Origin: Thermoanaerobaculia bacterium
Lineage (GTDB): Bacteria > Acidobacteriota > Thermoanaerobaculia > UBA5066
Reading direction: 5' to 3'
NCBI GenBank assembly: GCA_038319835.1
Contig: JBBQDQ010000004.1
Span: forward strand, 1 to 56,873
DNA: 56,873 bases
Shown: piece after piece, positions 36,576 through 45,574 of the stretch
Numbering within the stretch: the first letter of the stretch is position 1
How the letters are laid out: each line of letters begins with the position of its first letter
Position numbers and translations under genes: made by a program
Notes under the pieces: model-generated
What the model was told of the DNA's origin: nothing
Seen by the model: only the letters and a program-made list of their open reading frames with translations
Database searches by the model: none

Positions 36576-37771
36576 CAGGGCGCCTCCGTCGCGCGCGCGA
36601 AGCGCACGGTGAGCTTGCCGTCCTCGACCTTCGCGCCGGAGGGCGTGAAGCCCGCGAGCGTGCGTGGAATCGGGACGTGGTGCCGGACGTTGCCGATACG
36701 GACGATGAGGTCGCCGGACGCGACCGCGAGGTCGACGTCCTCTTTCGCGACGAACGGAAGGTCCAGCGTGAGGACGTAGCGCCCGTTCTGCTTCGCGTAC
36801 CGGTAGGGCGCGTCCGAGCGGAACGACGCGGCCGCGTCGCGGCCGGTCCAGAGCTCGGCCCCGAGCGCCGTGAGCGCCTCGGCGCCGAGGACCTGGTCGT
36901 CGCGGAGCGGAAGCGTGAAGAGGGGGACGGGGTCGAAATAGCGGTGGGCCTCCTCGAGGAACTGCGCCTGGGTCTTCCGCCACTTGTCGAAGAACGGGTC
37001 GTGCATGGCGAGGGGGAGGAGGCGATTCACGATGACGGCGTCCACGGTGAACCCGTAGAGGCCGAAGTACATGAATGCGCGCTGCGTCTCCTTGATCACG
37101 ATCTTCTCGGCGTTCGTGACGAGCCGGACGGTCGTCGTCTTCGGGTCCTTGAGGAGCGCGTCCACGCCATCGAGCTTGGCCGCGAGAGACTGGACGTTGT
37201 CGAAATACCTCTCCGGTGGGAGCGGGATGTCCGCGACCTTCTTCGCGACGGGCCGTGCGACCTTCAGGATGTTGCGTTGGATCCGGAACAGCTTCGTCAT
37301 GTACCAGTCGAGCGTGGGCGGGAGCGAGACGAAGCGCAGGGACTCTCCCGTCGGCGCGCAGTCGAGGATGAGGACGTCGAACGCGCTCTCTTTCGCGTAG
37401 CGATTCACGTAAAGGAGGGCGGAAACTTCTTCCATCCCCGGGAAGATCGCGAGCTCCTCGGCGAGGACCTCCTCCACGCCCGTCACCGCGAGGAGCGCCG
37501 TGATGTAACCGGAGATGTCCTTCCAGTGACGCCCGATCTCCTCGGTGACGTCCACTTCCTGGATCCAGAGGTTCTCCGCGACGGGCACGGGCTCGCCCCG
37601 GTGCTTGTCAGTGAGCGCGCCCGGCAGGTCGAACGCATCCGCGAGCGAGTGCGCGGCGTCGACAGACATCACGAGGGTCTTCAGCCCGCGCGCGGCGAGC
37701 GTCAGGCCCGTCGCCGCGGCGACCGTCGTCTTCCCGACGCCGCCCTTGCCCGTGAACAGGATGATCCGCAT
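36575..37771 (-). CDS. ArsA/GET3-family ATPase with a C-terminal HSP20-like domain
   Basis: P-loop 'ILFTGKGGVGKTT', switch 'VLILDCAPTGESLRF', and a C-terminal beta-rich 'LTLDLPFVAKEDVDLAVASGDLIVRIGNVRHHVPIP..KVEDGKLTVRF' (alpha-crystallin-like). Confidence 0.9.
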   Translation of the reverse strand: MRIILFTGKGGVGKTTVAAATGLTLAARGLKTLVMSVDAAHSLADAFDLPGALTDKHRGEPVPVAENLWIQEVDVTEEIGRHWKDISGYITALLAVTGVEEVLAEELAIFPGMEEVSALLYVNRYAKESAFDVLILDCAPTGESLRFVSLPPTLDWYMTKLFRIQRNILKVARPVAKKVADIPLPPERYFDNVQSLAAKLDGVDALLKDPKTTTVRLVTNAEKIVIKETQRAFMYFGLYGFTVDAVIVNRLLPLAMHDPFFDKWRKTQAQFLEEAHRYFDPVPLFTLPLRDDQVLGAEALTALGAELWTGRDAAASFRSDAPYRYAKQNGRYVLTLDLPFVAKEDVDLAVASGDLIVRIGNVRHHVPIPRTLAGFTPSGAKVEDGKLTVRFARATEAP

Positions 37772-37781
37772 CGAGGGGATG

Positions 37782-38774
37782 TTACGCGGAGGAGACGCTG
37801 CGCCTCCCGGCCGCCTCGCAGAGCCACGCGAGGAGGAGCCCCGCGTAACCGTCGATCGCGTAATGCCAGCCGCTGACCACGGACGTGAAGAGCGTGACGG
37901 CCGTCAGCGCGGCAAACAGGACGAAGAATGCCCGCGAGCGGCGGCGCGCGAAGAACATGAAGAACGCCTGTGCCGCGACGTGCAGCGAAGGCATGGCGGC
38001 CGCGCCGAGGTACGGAGAGATCTCCGCGCCTTCCGGGTGGCGGTGGAGCGACCGGACGCGTCCGTAGTGCGCGAAGAGGAGGTTCATCGTCGCGGACTGC
38101 AGCGGCATCGCGACCCGGACCTCCGTGTAGTCGTCCTTGAGGACGAAGCACGGCCCGAGGGAAGGAACGGCGAGGTAGAACCACGACCCGAAGATCCACA
38201 GGAACGTGAAGCCGGCCGCGAGCCGCGCACGGTCGCGGATCGAGAGCGTCGCCGCGAACCAGCCCACGGCCACCATCACGGTCACGAGGAAGGACCCGTA
38301 ATAGTGATCGAGGACGCCCCAGAGGGCCGGGTACGGGAACAGGTTCTGCAGGAACCGCCCCGGGTTGACGCCGAGGTGGAGCGCGGTCTCGATGCGGAAG
38401 AGACCGGGATCGTAGAGGACGTCGGGCCTGAGCAGCGGGAGCGCGACCTTGAGCCAGCTGTAGGCCCAGGACGTGAGCGAAAACACCACAAGGAAGCGCG
38501 CGAGGTCGGCGAAGGACCGCGGCTTGAGGAGCGCGCGGAGCCGCGCAATCCCGCGCTTTCGGCCCCGGCGGGCGGCGAGCAGGGCGCGAAGAAGGACGCC
38601 GCCGAGGAGGATGGGCCCGACGAGGGCGACGAATTCGCGCATGCCGAGGAGCGTCCGGACGACGTCGACGTTCATTCCCGCGCGCGCCCTCAGGAGGAAG
38701 GCGACGACCGCCACGTCCGCGAGAAGGAGGACCTCGTAGGGTCTCGGCCGAACCAGGCTCCCCGCGCGCCTCAC
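37782..38774 (-). CDS. PAP2-superfamily membrane protein (PAP2_3 / Aur1-IPC-synthase-like)
   Basis: In ORF 37782..39110. GTG 38774 overlaps the S4 gene stop (GTGA); alternative ATG at 38675. Motifs 'AAMPSLHVAAQ' (S-x-H) and 'SGWHYAIDGYAG' (H-x-x-x-D). ~6 TM helices. Confidence 0.7.
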   Translation of the reverse strand: MRRAGSLVRPRPYEVLLLADVAVVAFLLRARAGMNVDVVRTLLGMREFVALVGPILLGGVLLRALLAARRGRKRGIARLRALLKPRSFADLARFLVVFSLTSWAYSWLKVALPLLRPDVLYDPGLFRIETALHLGVNPGRFLQNLFPYPALWGVLDHYYGSFLVTVMVAVGWFAATLSIRDRARLAAGFTFLWIFGSWFYLAVPSLGPCFVLKDDYTEVRVAMPLQSATMNLLFAHYGRVRSLHRHPEGAEISPYLGAAAMPSLHVAAQAFFMFFARRRSRAFFVLFAALTAVTLFTSVVSGWHYAIDGYAGLLLAWLCEAAGRRSVSSA

Positions 38775-39184
38775 CAGCCGCGCGTCCTCTCGCGCTGGCG
38801 CCTCTCCTTCTTCGTGGGACGCGCGCCGCCTGCGTCCTTCGGCGCGAACAGGCGCTCGAGCCGCCGCGCCTCGAGGACCTCGGGGGTCGGCGGCGGAGTC
38901 GTCTCCTCGAAGAGAGCGCGCGCGGCGGCCTTCTTCACGTGCCGGTCGGCCAGCCCCTTCACGACGAAGGTGCGCTTGCCGTGCGTGAACGTGATCGAAA
39001 GCCGGTCCCCGGCGCGCACGAGCTTGTGCGCGGCGGTCGAGTGGCCGTTCAGGTCCACCTTGCCGCCGGCGCAGGCCGCCGACGCCTGTGAGCGCGTCGG
39101 GAAGAGACACGCGACGTCCAGCCAGACGTCCAGCCGGACCTCGGCGAGCGGAGCGTTCTCATCCTCGCGCAGGCGTCCCATCAC
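38771..39184 (-). CDS. S4-domain RNA-binding protein (Hsp15/HslR-like)
   Basis: 'VRLDVWLDVACLFPTRSQASAACAGGKVDLNG' is an S4 fold signature. Basic C-terminal tail 'RPTKKERRQRERTRGW'. The start is GTG 39184 or ATG 39181. Confidence 0.7.
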   Translation of the reverse strand: MMGRLREDENAPLAEVRLDVWLDVACLFPTRSQASAACAGGKVDLNGHSTAAHKLVRAGDRLSITFTHGKRTFVVKGLADRHVKKAAARALFEETTPPPTPEVLEARRLERLFAPKDAGGARPTKKERRQRERTRGW

Positions 39185-39188
39185 GCGG

Positions 39189-39554
39189 CTAGAAAACGGG
39201 CTTTTCCACTTTCTTGTCGAACGTGTAGACGTACTTGTAGCCGAAGATGTCGGCGGTCTGCTGGTACCGCGCCGCGATCACGATGTACTGACCGTTCTTT
39301 TCGACGCGGATGTCCTGCATCTGGAGCGGGACCTTCGACTCCTGCGCCTTGATGTAGACGTCCATCTGGAGCTTCCCGAGCGGCTTCAGCCCGCCGAAGT
39401 TCGCCGCCTCGTTCATCGCGTCGAGGACCTCGTTGCCGTGGATGTGCAGCGGGACGATCCGCACGAGCGCCACTGCCACGACGAACAACACCGCGAGCCC
39501 GACGACGAGGCCGAAAGCGCCTTCCCCCCGATTCCCCCTGCGACGCATGTGCAT
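39189..39554 (-). CDS. Small membrane-anchored protein, DUF4845-like
   Basis: ATG 39554 with GGAGAGGAG upstream. MHMRRRGNRGEGAFGLVVGLAVLFVVAVALV (TM), then 'VPLHIHGNEVLDAMNEAANFG'. Its position just after lepB matches where DUF4845 genes sit in proteobacteria (from memory). Confidence 0.6.
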   Translation of the reverse strand: MHMRRRGNRGEGAFGLVVGLAVLFVVAVALVRIVPLHIHGNEVLDAMNEAANFGGLKPLGKLQMDVYIKAQESKVPLQMQDIRVEKNGQYIVIAARYQQTADIFGYKYVYTFDKKVEKPVF

Positions 39555-39592
39555 GCTCCTCTCCCCGGCGCGGGCGCCCGGACGTCCCGCCT

Positions 39593-40273
39593 TCAACGGA
39601 CGACCCGGAACGTCCGGCTCCACCGGGTCCTGCTCAAAAAGTGTAACCCCGTGTCGAGTGTCCGGCGGAATGCCGCGCCCCGGCCCGAAAACGTCCGGTC
39701 CGCCGGCGCCCAGGACCACAGGACGCAGACGGCACGGCCCTCGAGGTTCGCGGCGGGCGCCGAGCCCCAGTACCGCGAGTCCTGCGAGTCGTCCCGGTTG
39801 TCGCCCATCGCGAAAAACCGGCCTTCCGGCACCGCGAGCGGCCCAAAGGAGTCCCGCCGCGCGAGCGCCGGGGGCGCCTCGGCGCCGTAGGTCGTGGAGT
39901 CGCGGTGGACGACGAAGGACTCCACGCGCGGGACGCCGTTCACGCGCAGCTCCTTCGCCCGCTGCTCGACGACGTCACCGCCCGTCGCCACGGCGCGTTT
40001 GAGGAGGTCGCGGGAAGCGTCGCGCGGGTCGCGGAACACGACGACGTCTCCCGGCGCCGGCGTCCGGTAGGGGAGGAGGCGCGCCCAAGGCCCTCTGTGC
40101 GGCGCGTAGGCGAACTTGTCGACGACGATGCGGTCGCCCGTCAGGACCGTGTCCTCCATGGAAGAGGTCGGGACGTGGAAGATCTGGAAGACGAAGGCCT
40201 TGACGAAGAGCGCGAGCGCCGCGGCGACGAGAACGGCCTCCGCGGTCTCCGCGAAGCGCTCCGGGCGGCCCAT
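39593..40273 (-). CDS. lepB: Signal peptidase I
   Basis: Last 226 codons of ORF 39593..41680. The ATG shares one base with the lepA stop (TGATG). 'FHVPTSSMEDTVLTGDRIVV' (catalytic Ser), 'LLKRAVATGGD' (Lys), 'FAMGDNRDDSQDSRYWG'. Confidence 0.9.
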   Translation of the reverse strand: MGRPERFAETAEAVLVAAALALFVKAFVFQIFHVPTSSMEDTVLTGDRIVVDKFAYAPHRGPWARLLPYRTPAPGDVVVFRDPRDASRDLLKRAVATGGDVVEQRAKELRVNGVPRVESFVVHRDSTTYGAEAPPALARRDSFGPLAVPEGRFFAMGDNRDDSQDSRYWGSAPAANLEGRAVCVLWSWAPADRTFSGRGAAFRRTLDTGLHFLSRTRWSRTFRVVR

Positions 40274-42072
40274 CAGTCCACCTTGAGGACGGCGAGGAAG
40301 GCCTCCTGCGGGAGTTCGACGCGGCCGACCTTCTTCATGCGCCGCTTGCCTTCCTTCTGCTTCTCGAGGAGCTTCTTCTTGCGCGTGATGTCGCCGCCGT
40401 AGCACTTCGCGAGGACGTTCTTGCGCATCGCCTTGACCGTCGAGCGCGCGAGAATCTTCGATCCGATCGCGGCCTGGATCACAACCTCGAACATCTGCTG
40501 CGGGATCATCTCTTTCATCTTCTCGACGAGGGAGCGGCCCTTCGTCTGGGCCTTGTCCCGGTGGACGATGAAGGCGAGGGCGTCGATCGGCTCGCCGTTG
40601 ATCAGAATGTCGAGCTTCACGAGGTCGCCGGGCCGGTAGTCGATGAGCTGGTAGTCGAACGACGCGTAGCCGCGCGAGAGCGACTTGAGCTTGTCGTAGA
40701 AGTCGAGGATGACCTCGTTGAGCGGCAGCTCGTACTTCAGAACCGCGCGTTGCGTGCCCGCGTACTCGAGCGAGACCTGCGTCCCGCGCCGCTCCTGGGC
40801 GAGCGCGAGGATCCCGCCGAGGAACTCGTCCTTCGTGATGATCGTCGCGATGATGTAGGGCTCGCGCATCTCCTCGATGAGCTGGACGTCGGGGAGCTTC
40901 ACGGGGTTCGAGATCTCGAGCTTCTCGCCGCGCGTCGTCGTGATCTGGTACGGGACGGACGGGGCCGTCGTGATGAGCGAGAGATTGAACTCGCGCTCGA
41001 GGCGCTCCTGGATGATCTCCATATGGAGGAGCCCGAGGTACCCGCAGCGGAAGCCGAAGCCGAGCGCCGTCGAGGACTCGGGCTCGAACGTGAAGGAGGC
41101 GTCGTTGAGCCGGAGCTTCTCCATCGCGTCGCGCAGGTCCTCGTACGCCTCGGTCTCCGTCGGGAAGATCGAGGCGAAGACCATCGGCTTGACGTCCTGG
41201 AAGCCCGGCAGCGCCTCGGTCGTCGGGCGCTCGTTCTCGGTGACCGTGTCGCCGATCTTCGCGGCGTGGAGGTCCTTGATGCCCGCGATGACGTAGCCGA
41301 CTTCGCCGACGGAGAGCTCGGACACGACCTGCTGCTTCGGGTTGAAGATGCCGACTTCCTGGACCTCGCCGCCGAGGCCGGTTCCCATCATGCGGATCTT
41401 CATCCCGGGCCTGATCGTCCCCTCGTGCACGCGCACGAGGCACGTGACGCCGCGGTAGACGTCGAACCACGAGTCGAAAAGGAGCGCCTTGAGCGGCGCG
41501 GCGGGATCGCCCTTCGGCGCGGGGATGTCGTGGACGATCTGCTCGAGCAGGTCGCGGACGCCCGTCCCGACCTTGCCGGACGTGAGGACCGCGTGGCGCG
41601 CCGGAATCCCGATGACCTCCTCGATCTGCTCGCGCGCCATCTCGGGCACGGCGGAGGGCAGGTCGACCTTGTTGATGCACGGCACGATCGTGAGGTCGTT
41701 GTGGATCGCGAGGTACGCGTTCGCGAGCGTCTGCGCCTCGACGCCCTGCGTCGCGTCCACGACGAGGACGGCACCCTCGCAGGCCGCGAGGGAGCGCGAG
41801 ACCTCGTACGTGAAGTCGACATGCCCAGGCGTGTCGATGAGGTTCAGAACGTAGTCGAGCCCGTCCTCGGCCCGGTACTTGAGGGTGACCGAGCGCGCCT
41901 TGATCGTGATCCCCCGCTCTTTCTCGATCGGGTTGTCGTCGAGGACCTGCTCGGTCATCTCGCGCGCCGTCAGCGCGCCCGTGATCTCGAGGATCCGGTC
42001 GGACAGCGTCGTCTTTCCGTGGTCGATGTGGGCCACGATCGAGAAGTTGCGGATGCGCGAGGGGTCGGTCAT
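40273..42072 (-). CDS. lepA: Translation elongation factor 4
   Basis: '[20 protein letters not shown]', '[10 protein letters not shown]', 'INKVDLP', and C-terminal '[23 protein letters not shown]'. Confidence 0.97.
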   Translation of the reverse strand: MTDPSRIRNFSIVAHIDHGKTTLSDRILEITGALTAREMTEQVLDDNPIEKERGITIKARSVTLKYRAEDGLDYVLNLIDTPGHVDFTYEVSRSLAACEGAVLVVDATQGVEAQTLANAYLAIHNDLTIVPCINKVDLPSAVPEMAREQIEEVIGIPARHAVLTSGKVGTGVRDLLEQIVHDIPAPKGDPAAPLKALLFDSWFDVYRGVTCLVRVHEGTIRPGMKIRMMGTGLGGEVQEVGIFNPKQQVVSELSVGEVGYVIAGIKDLHAAKIGDTVTENERPTTEALPGFQDVKPMVFASIFPTETEAYEDLRDAMEKLRLNDASFTFEPESSTALGFGFRCGYLGLLHMEIIQERLEREFNLSLITTAPSVPYQITTTRGEKLEISNPVKLPDVQLIEEMREPYIIATIITKDEFLGGILALAQERRGTQVSLEYAGTQRAVLKYELPLNEVILDFYDKLKSLSRGYASFDYQLIDYRPGDLVKLDILINGEPIDALAFIVHRDKAQTKGRSLVEKMKEMIPQQMFEVVIQAAIGSKILARSTVKAMRKNVLAKCYGGDITRKKKLLEKQKEGKRRMKKVGRVELPQEAFLAVLKVD

Positions 42073-42144
42073 GAGGGGGGCGCGGCGCGAAAGGCGCGGC
42101 GGAGGGCGGATTCTAGCGTGCGGACCCGTCCGGCGCCTCCGGCG

Positions 42145-43227
42145 TCAGGCGAGCGTCTCGAGCGGCCAGCGCGAGCGCGCGACGGCGGCCAGGCCCTCCC
42201 CGAGGCGGCCCTCCCGCAGGCGCCGGAGCCCCGCGAATCCGACCATGATGGCATTGTCTCCCGTGAGGGCCTTCGGGGCGACGCGCACGTCGACGCCGCG
42301 CGAGCGTCCCCACGCCGCCAGCCGCTCCCTCACGAGCGTGTTCGCCGCGACGCCGCCCGAGACGGTCAGGACGTCGAACCGCTCGCCGCGGACGATCCGT
42401 TCCACGCGGTCCACGAGCTGGGCGACGATCGCGGCTTCCACGTCGGCCATCAGGTCGCACAGCGCCTGCGGCGCGTCGGCGTCCGCGAGCGCCGGCCCGG
42501 CAGGCAGGCCGGAGACCGGCGCGCGCCCGATCTCGAAGAGGCGCTCGCGGACGGACGTTTTCAACCCCGAGAAGCTGAAGTCGGCAGACCGGTCCTTGAA
42601 TTGCGGCACGGCGAACGGGCGTTTGGCGTTGCCCCGGCGCGCGAGCCGGTCCACCGCCGGGCCGCCCGGATAGCCGAGCCCGGCCATCTTCGCGACCTTG
42701 TCGAAGGCTTCGCCGGCGGCGTCGTCGCGCGTCCGCGCGAGGCGGTCGATCCGCGGTCCGGCGAAGCGGTAGAGGTGCGTGTGCCCGCCGGAGACGACGA
42801 GGGCGCCGAACCGCTCCGGGACGGGCGCCGCCGCCGCGCCCGAAGGATCGGCGAACGGGGACAGCGCGTGCGCCTCGATGTGGTGGACAGGAACGAACGG
42901 CACTCCGAGGCCGAGCGCGAGCCCCTTGCCTTCCGACAGCCCGACGAGGAGCGCGCCGACGAGGCCGGGCCCCGCCGTCGCCGCGACCGCCGAAACGTCC
43001 GCGAGCGTCGCGCCGGCGTCGGCGAGCGTCGCGTCGAGGAGCGGCGGGAGGTTTCGCAGGTGCGCGCGGGCCGCGATCTCGGGCACGACGCCGCCGAAGG
43101 CGCGGTGCGCGTCCTCCTGCGAGGCGACCCGCGAGCCACACGCACGTCCGTCCCGGTCGAGGAGCGCCACGGCCGTCTCGTCGCACGACGTCTCGAAGGC
43201 GAGAACGAGCGCGCCCGCGCCTTTCAT
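42145..43227 (-). CDS. tsaD: tRNA N6-adenosine threonylcarbamoyltransferase
   Basis: Last 360 codons of ORF 42145..44205. The ATG overlaps the mtnA stop (ATGA). 'VLAFETSCDETAVAL', 'VPVHHIEAH', 'LVVSGGHT', 'AGEAFDKVAK', 'TVSGGVAAN'. Confidence 0.93.
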   Translation of the reverse strand: MKGAGALVLAFETSCDETAVALLDRDGRACGSRVASQEDAHRAFGGVVPEIAARAHLRNLPPLLDATLADAGATLADVSAVAATAGPGLVGALLVGLSEGKGLALGLGVPFVPVHHIEAHALSPFADPSGAAAAPVPERFGALVVSGGHTHLYRFAGPRIDRLARTRDDAAGEAFDKVAKMAGLGYPGGPAVDRLARRGNAKRPFAVPQFKDRSADFSFSGLKTSVRERLFEIGRAPVSGLPAGPALADADAPQALCDLMADVEAAIVAQLVDRVERIVRGERFDVLTVSGGVAANTLVRERLAAWGRSRGVDVRVAPKALTGDNAIMVGFAGLRRLREGRLGEGLAAVARSRWPLETLA

Positions 43228-44315
43228 CGGCCGAGGAGGCGGGCGATTCCGGCCGCGTGCGGGCGCTCGGAGATCCCGCGCTCCGTCACGATCGCGTCGA
43301 CGAGGGCGGCGGGCGTCACGTCGAACGCCGGGTAAAGGGCGGAGACGCCCGCCGGGGCAATCGAAATCCGTCCGCCGCCCGGCACGGCAAGGTCGACGAC
43401 CTCGGCGCCGTCGCGCTCCTCGATCGGGATCGCGGCACCGTCCGGCGTCGCGGGGTCGAGCGTCGTCGTCGGTGCGGCGACGACGAACGGGACGCCGTGG
43501 GCGTGCGCCGCGAGCGCAAGCCCATACGTCCCGACCTTGTTCGCGACGTCGCCGTTCGCCGCGATGCGGTCCGCGCCGACGACCACAGCGTGAACGCGGC
43601 CGCGCGCGATGAGCGACGCGGCCGCGACGTCCGGGAGGAGGGTGACGGAGAGGCCGTCCTTCACGAGCTCCCACGCCGTGAGGCGCGCGCCCTGGAGGAA
43701 CGGGCGGGTCTCGTCCGCGAGGATCGCGAGCGGTCCCTCGGCCGCGAGCGCACGCACGACGCCGAGGGCCGTTCCGATCCCCGCCGTCGCGAGCGCTCCC
43801 GCATTGCAATGCGTCAGGACCGTCGGGACCGGGACCATGAAGCGTGCGCGCAGCCACGCGGCCCCGAGGCGTCCGATCTCGGAACAGGCCGCACGGTCCT
43901 CCGCCGCGATCCGGTCCGCCTCGGCCTCGAGGAGGAGCACGCGTTCCGTGGCGTCGCGGCCCGCCGTCGCGAGCGCGACGCCGCGCATCCGGTCGACGGC
44001 CCACGCGAGGTTCACTGCGGTCGGACGGGCGGAGGCGAGGCGATCGGCGGCCGCGACGAGCGCCGCGTCCAGGTCGGCCGGGACACGCGGCAGGACACGC
44101 CGCGCCTCCGCGCACATCCCGTACGCGGCCGCGACGCCGATGAGCGGCGCGCCCCGGACCGCGAGGCTCCGGATCGCCTCGGCCGTCTCGAGCGCGCTCG
44201 CGCACTCGAGGACCACCTCCTCGTGCGGGAGACGGCGCTGGTCGAGGAGCGTCAGGACGCCCGCGCGATAGGCGTACGGCACGACCGACGTTGTGGGACG
44301 AGACGGGATCTCCAC
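43224..44315 (-). CDS. mtnA: S-methyl-5-thioribose-1-phosphate isomerase
   Basis: In ORF 43224..45494, starting at GTG 44315 (start uncertain). 'LTLLDQRRLP', 'VRGAPLIGVAAAYG', 'VLTHCNAGALAT', 'VVGADRIAANGDVANKVGTY'. Confidence 0.85.
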   Translation of the reverse strand: MEIPSRPTTSVVPYAYRAGVLTLLDQRRLPHEEVVLECASALETAEAIRSLAVRGAPLIGVAAAYGMCAEARRVLPRVPADLDAALVAAADRLASARPTAVNLAWAVDRMRGVALATAGRDATERVLLLEAEADRIAAEDRAACSEIGRLGAAWLRARFMVPVPTVLTHCNAGALATAGIGTALGVVRALAAEGPLAILADETRPFLQGARLTAWELVKDGLSVTLLPDVAAASLIARGRVHAVVVGADRIAANGDVANKVGTYGLALAAHAHGVPFVVAAPTTTLDPATPDGAAIPIEERDGAEVVDLAVPGGGRISIAPAGVSALYPAFDVTPAALVDAIVTERGISERPHAAGIARLLGR

Positions 44316-44375
44316 GGCCCGACTATAAGCGCCCGGTCGGTTAGGATCGGAGCGCTTTCGGCCGCAGGAGGACGC

Positions 44376-45569
44376 ATGTCCGACCTTCCCCCCTCGATCA
44401 CGGGACTCGATCTCTCCGGCAAGCGCGTCTTCATCCGCGTGGACTTCAACGTCCCGCTCGAGAACGGCGTCGTGCGCGACGACACGCGCGTCGTGGAGGC
44501 GCTGCCGACCATCCTCCTCGCGAAGGAGCGCGGCGCGCGCCGCATCGTCCTCGCCTCGCACCTCGGCAAGGCCAAGGGCGCCCCCGACCCGAAGTACTCG
44601 CTCGCACCCGTCGCGAAGACGCTCGAGCACCGGCTCGGCTCCCCCGTCGCCTTCGCGCCCGACTGCGTCGGACCGGAGGCGGAGATGGCCGAAGGGGCCC
44701 TCCCTCCGGGAGGCGTCCTCCTCCTCGAAAATCTCCGTTTCCACGCGGGCGAGGAGAAGAACGATCCGGCGTTCGCGAAACAGCTCGCGGCGCTCGCGGA
44801 CGTCTACGTGAACGACGCGTTCGGGACGGCCCACCGTGCGCACGCCTCGACCGCCGGGATGGCCGCGTTCTTCGCCCGGGACCGCCGCGGGATCGGCCTC
44901 CTCATGGAAAAGGAGCTCACTGCCCTCGCGAAGGTCGTGACGGACATCGACCACCCGTTCGCCGCGATCCTCGGCGGCGCGAAGATCATGGGCAAGATCA
45001 AGGCGCTGAAGGCGCTCGTCGAGAAGGCGGACGTCGTCCTCGTCGGCGGCGGCATGGCGAACCACTTCGTCGTCGCGCTCGGCCTGCCGGTTGGAAAGTC
45101 CCTCCTCGAGCCCGAGGGCGTCCCGATCGCGCGCGCGATCCTCGACCGCTGCAAGGAGCGGGGCGTGTCGCTCGTCCTCCCCTCGGACTTCATGGTCGCG
45201 CCGTCGCTCGAAAAGGCATCCCTCGCGAAAGCGGTCGCGATGAACGCCATTCCCGCGGACTGGGCCGCCTTCGACGTCGGCCCGAAGACGCTCGAGATGT
45301 TCGCGCGGATGACGAAGGACGCCAGGGCGATCTTCTGGAACGGCCCGATGGGCGTCTTCGAGACGAAGCCCTTCGACGCCGGAACGCTCGGTGTCGCGAA
45401 GATCCTCGCCGCCTCCCCGGGCTTCACGGTCGTGGGCGGCGGCGAAAGCGTGGAGGCGGTCGTCGAGGCCGGCCTCGTCGGCTCGATCTCCCATGTGTCC
45501 ACCGGGGGCGGCGCGTCGCTCGACCTCGTGGCGGGCGAGACCCTCCCCGGCGTCGAGGCCCTTCGCTGA
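44376..45569 (+). CDS. pgk: Phosphoglycerate kinase
   Basis: ATG 44376 with cAGGAGGac upstream. 'KRVFIRVDFNVPL', 'ASHLGKAKG', 'YVNDAFGTAHRAHAST', 'VVGGGESV', 'HVSTGGGASL'. Confidence 0.95.
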   Translation: MSDLPPSITGLDLSGKRVFIRVDFNVPLENGVVRDDTRVVEALPTILLAKERGARRIVLASHLGKAKGAPDPKYSLAPVAKTLEHRLGSPVAFAPDCVGPEAEMAEGALPPGGVLLLENLRFHAGEEKNDPAFAKQLAALADVYVNDAFGTAHRAHASTAGMAAFFARDRRGIGLLMEKELTALAKVVTDIDHPFAAILGGAKIMGKIKALKALVEKADVVLVGGGMANHFVVALGLPVGKSLLEPEGVPIARAILDRCKERGVSLVLPSDFMVAPSLEKASLAKAVAMNAIPADWAAFDVGPKTLEMFARMTKDARAIFWNGPMGVFETKPFDAGTLGVAKILAASPGFTVVGGGESVEAVVEAGLVGSISHVSTGGGASLDLVAGETLPGVEALR

Positions 45570-45574
45570 CGCCC

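Noticed and set aside
40274-41680. Long N-terminal extension of the lepB ORF (39593..41680) running through lepA.
   Set aside because: It lies entirely inside the unambiguous lepA reading frame. The extension is low-complexity. Signal peptidase motifs begin just after the ATG at 40273.
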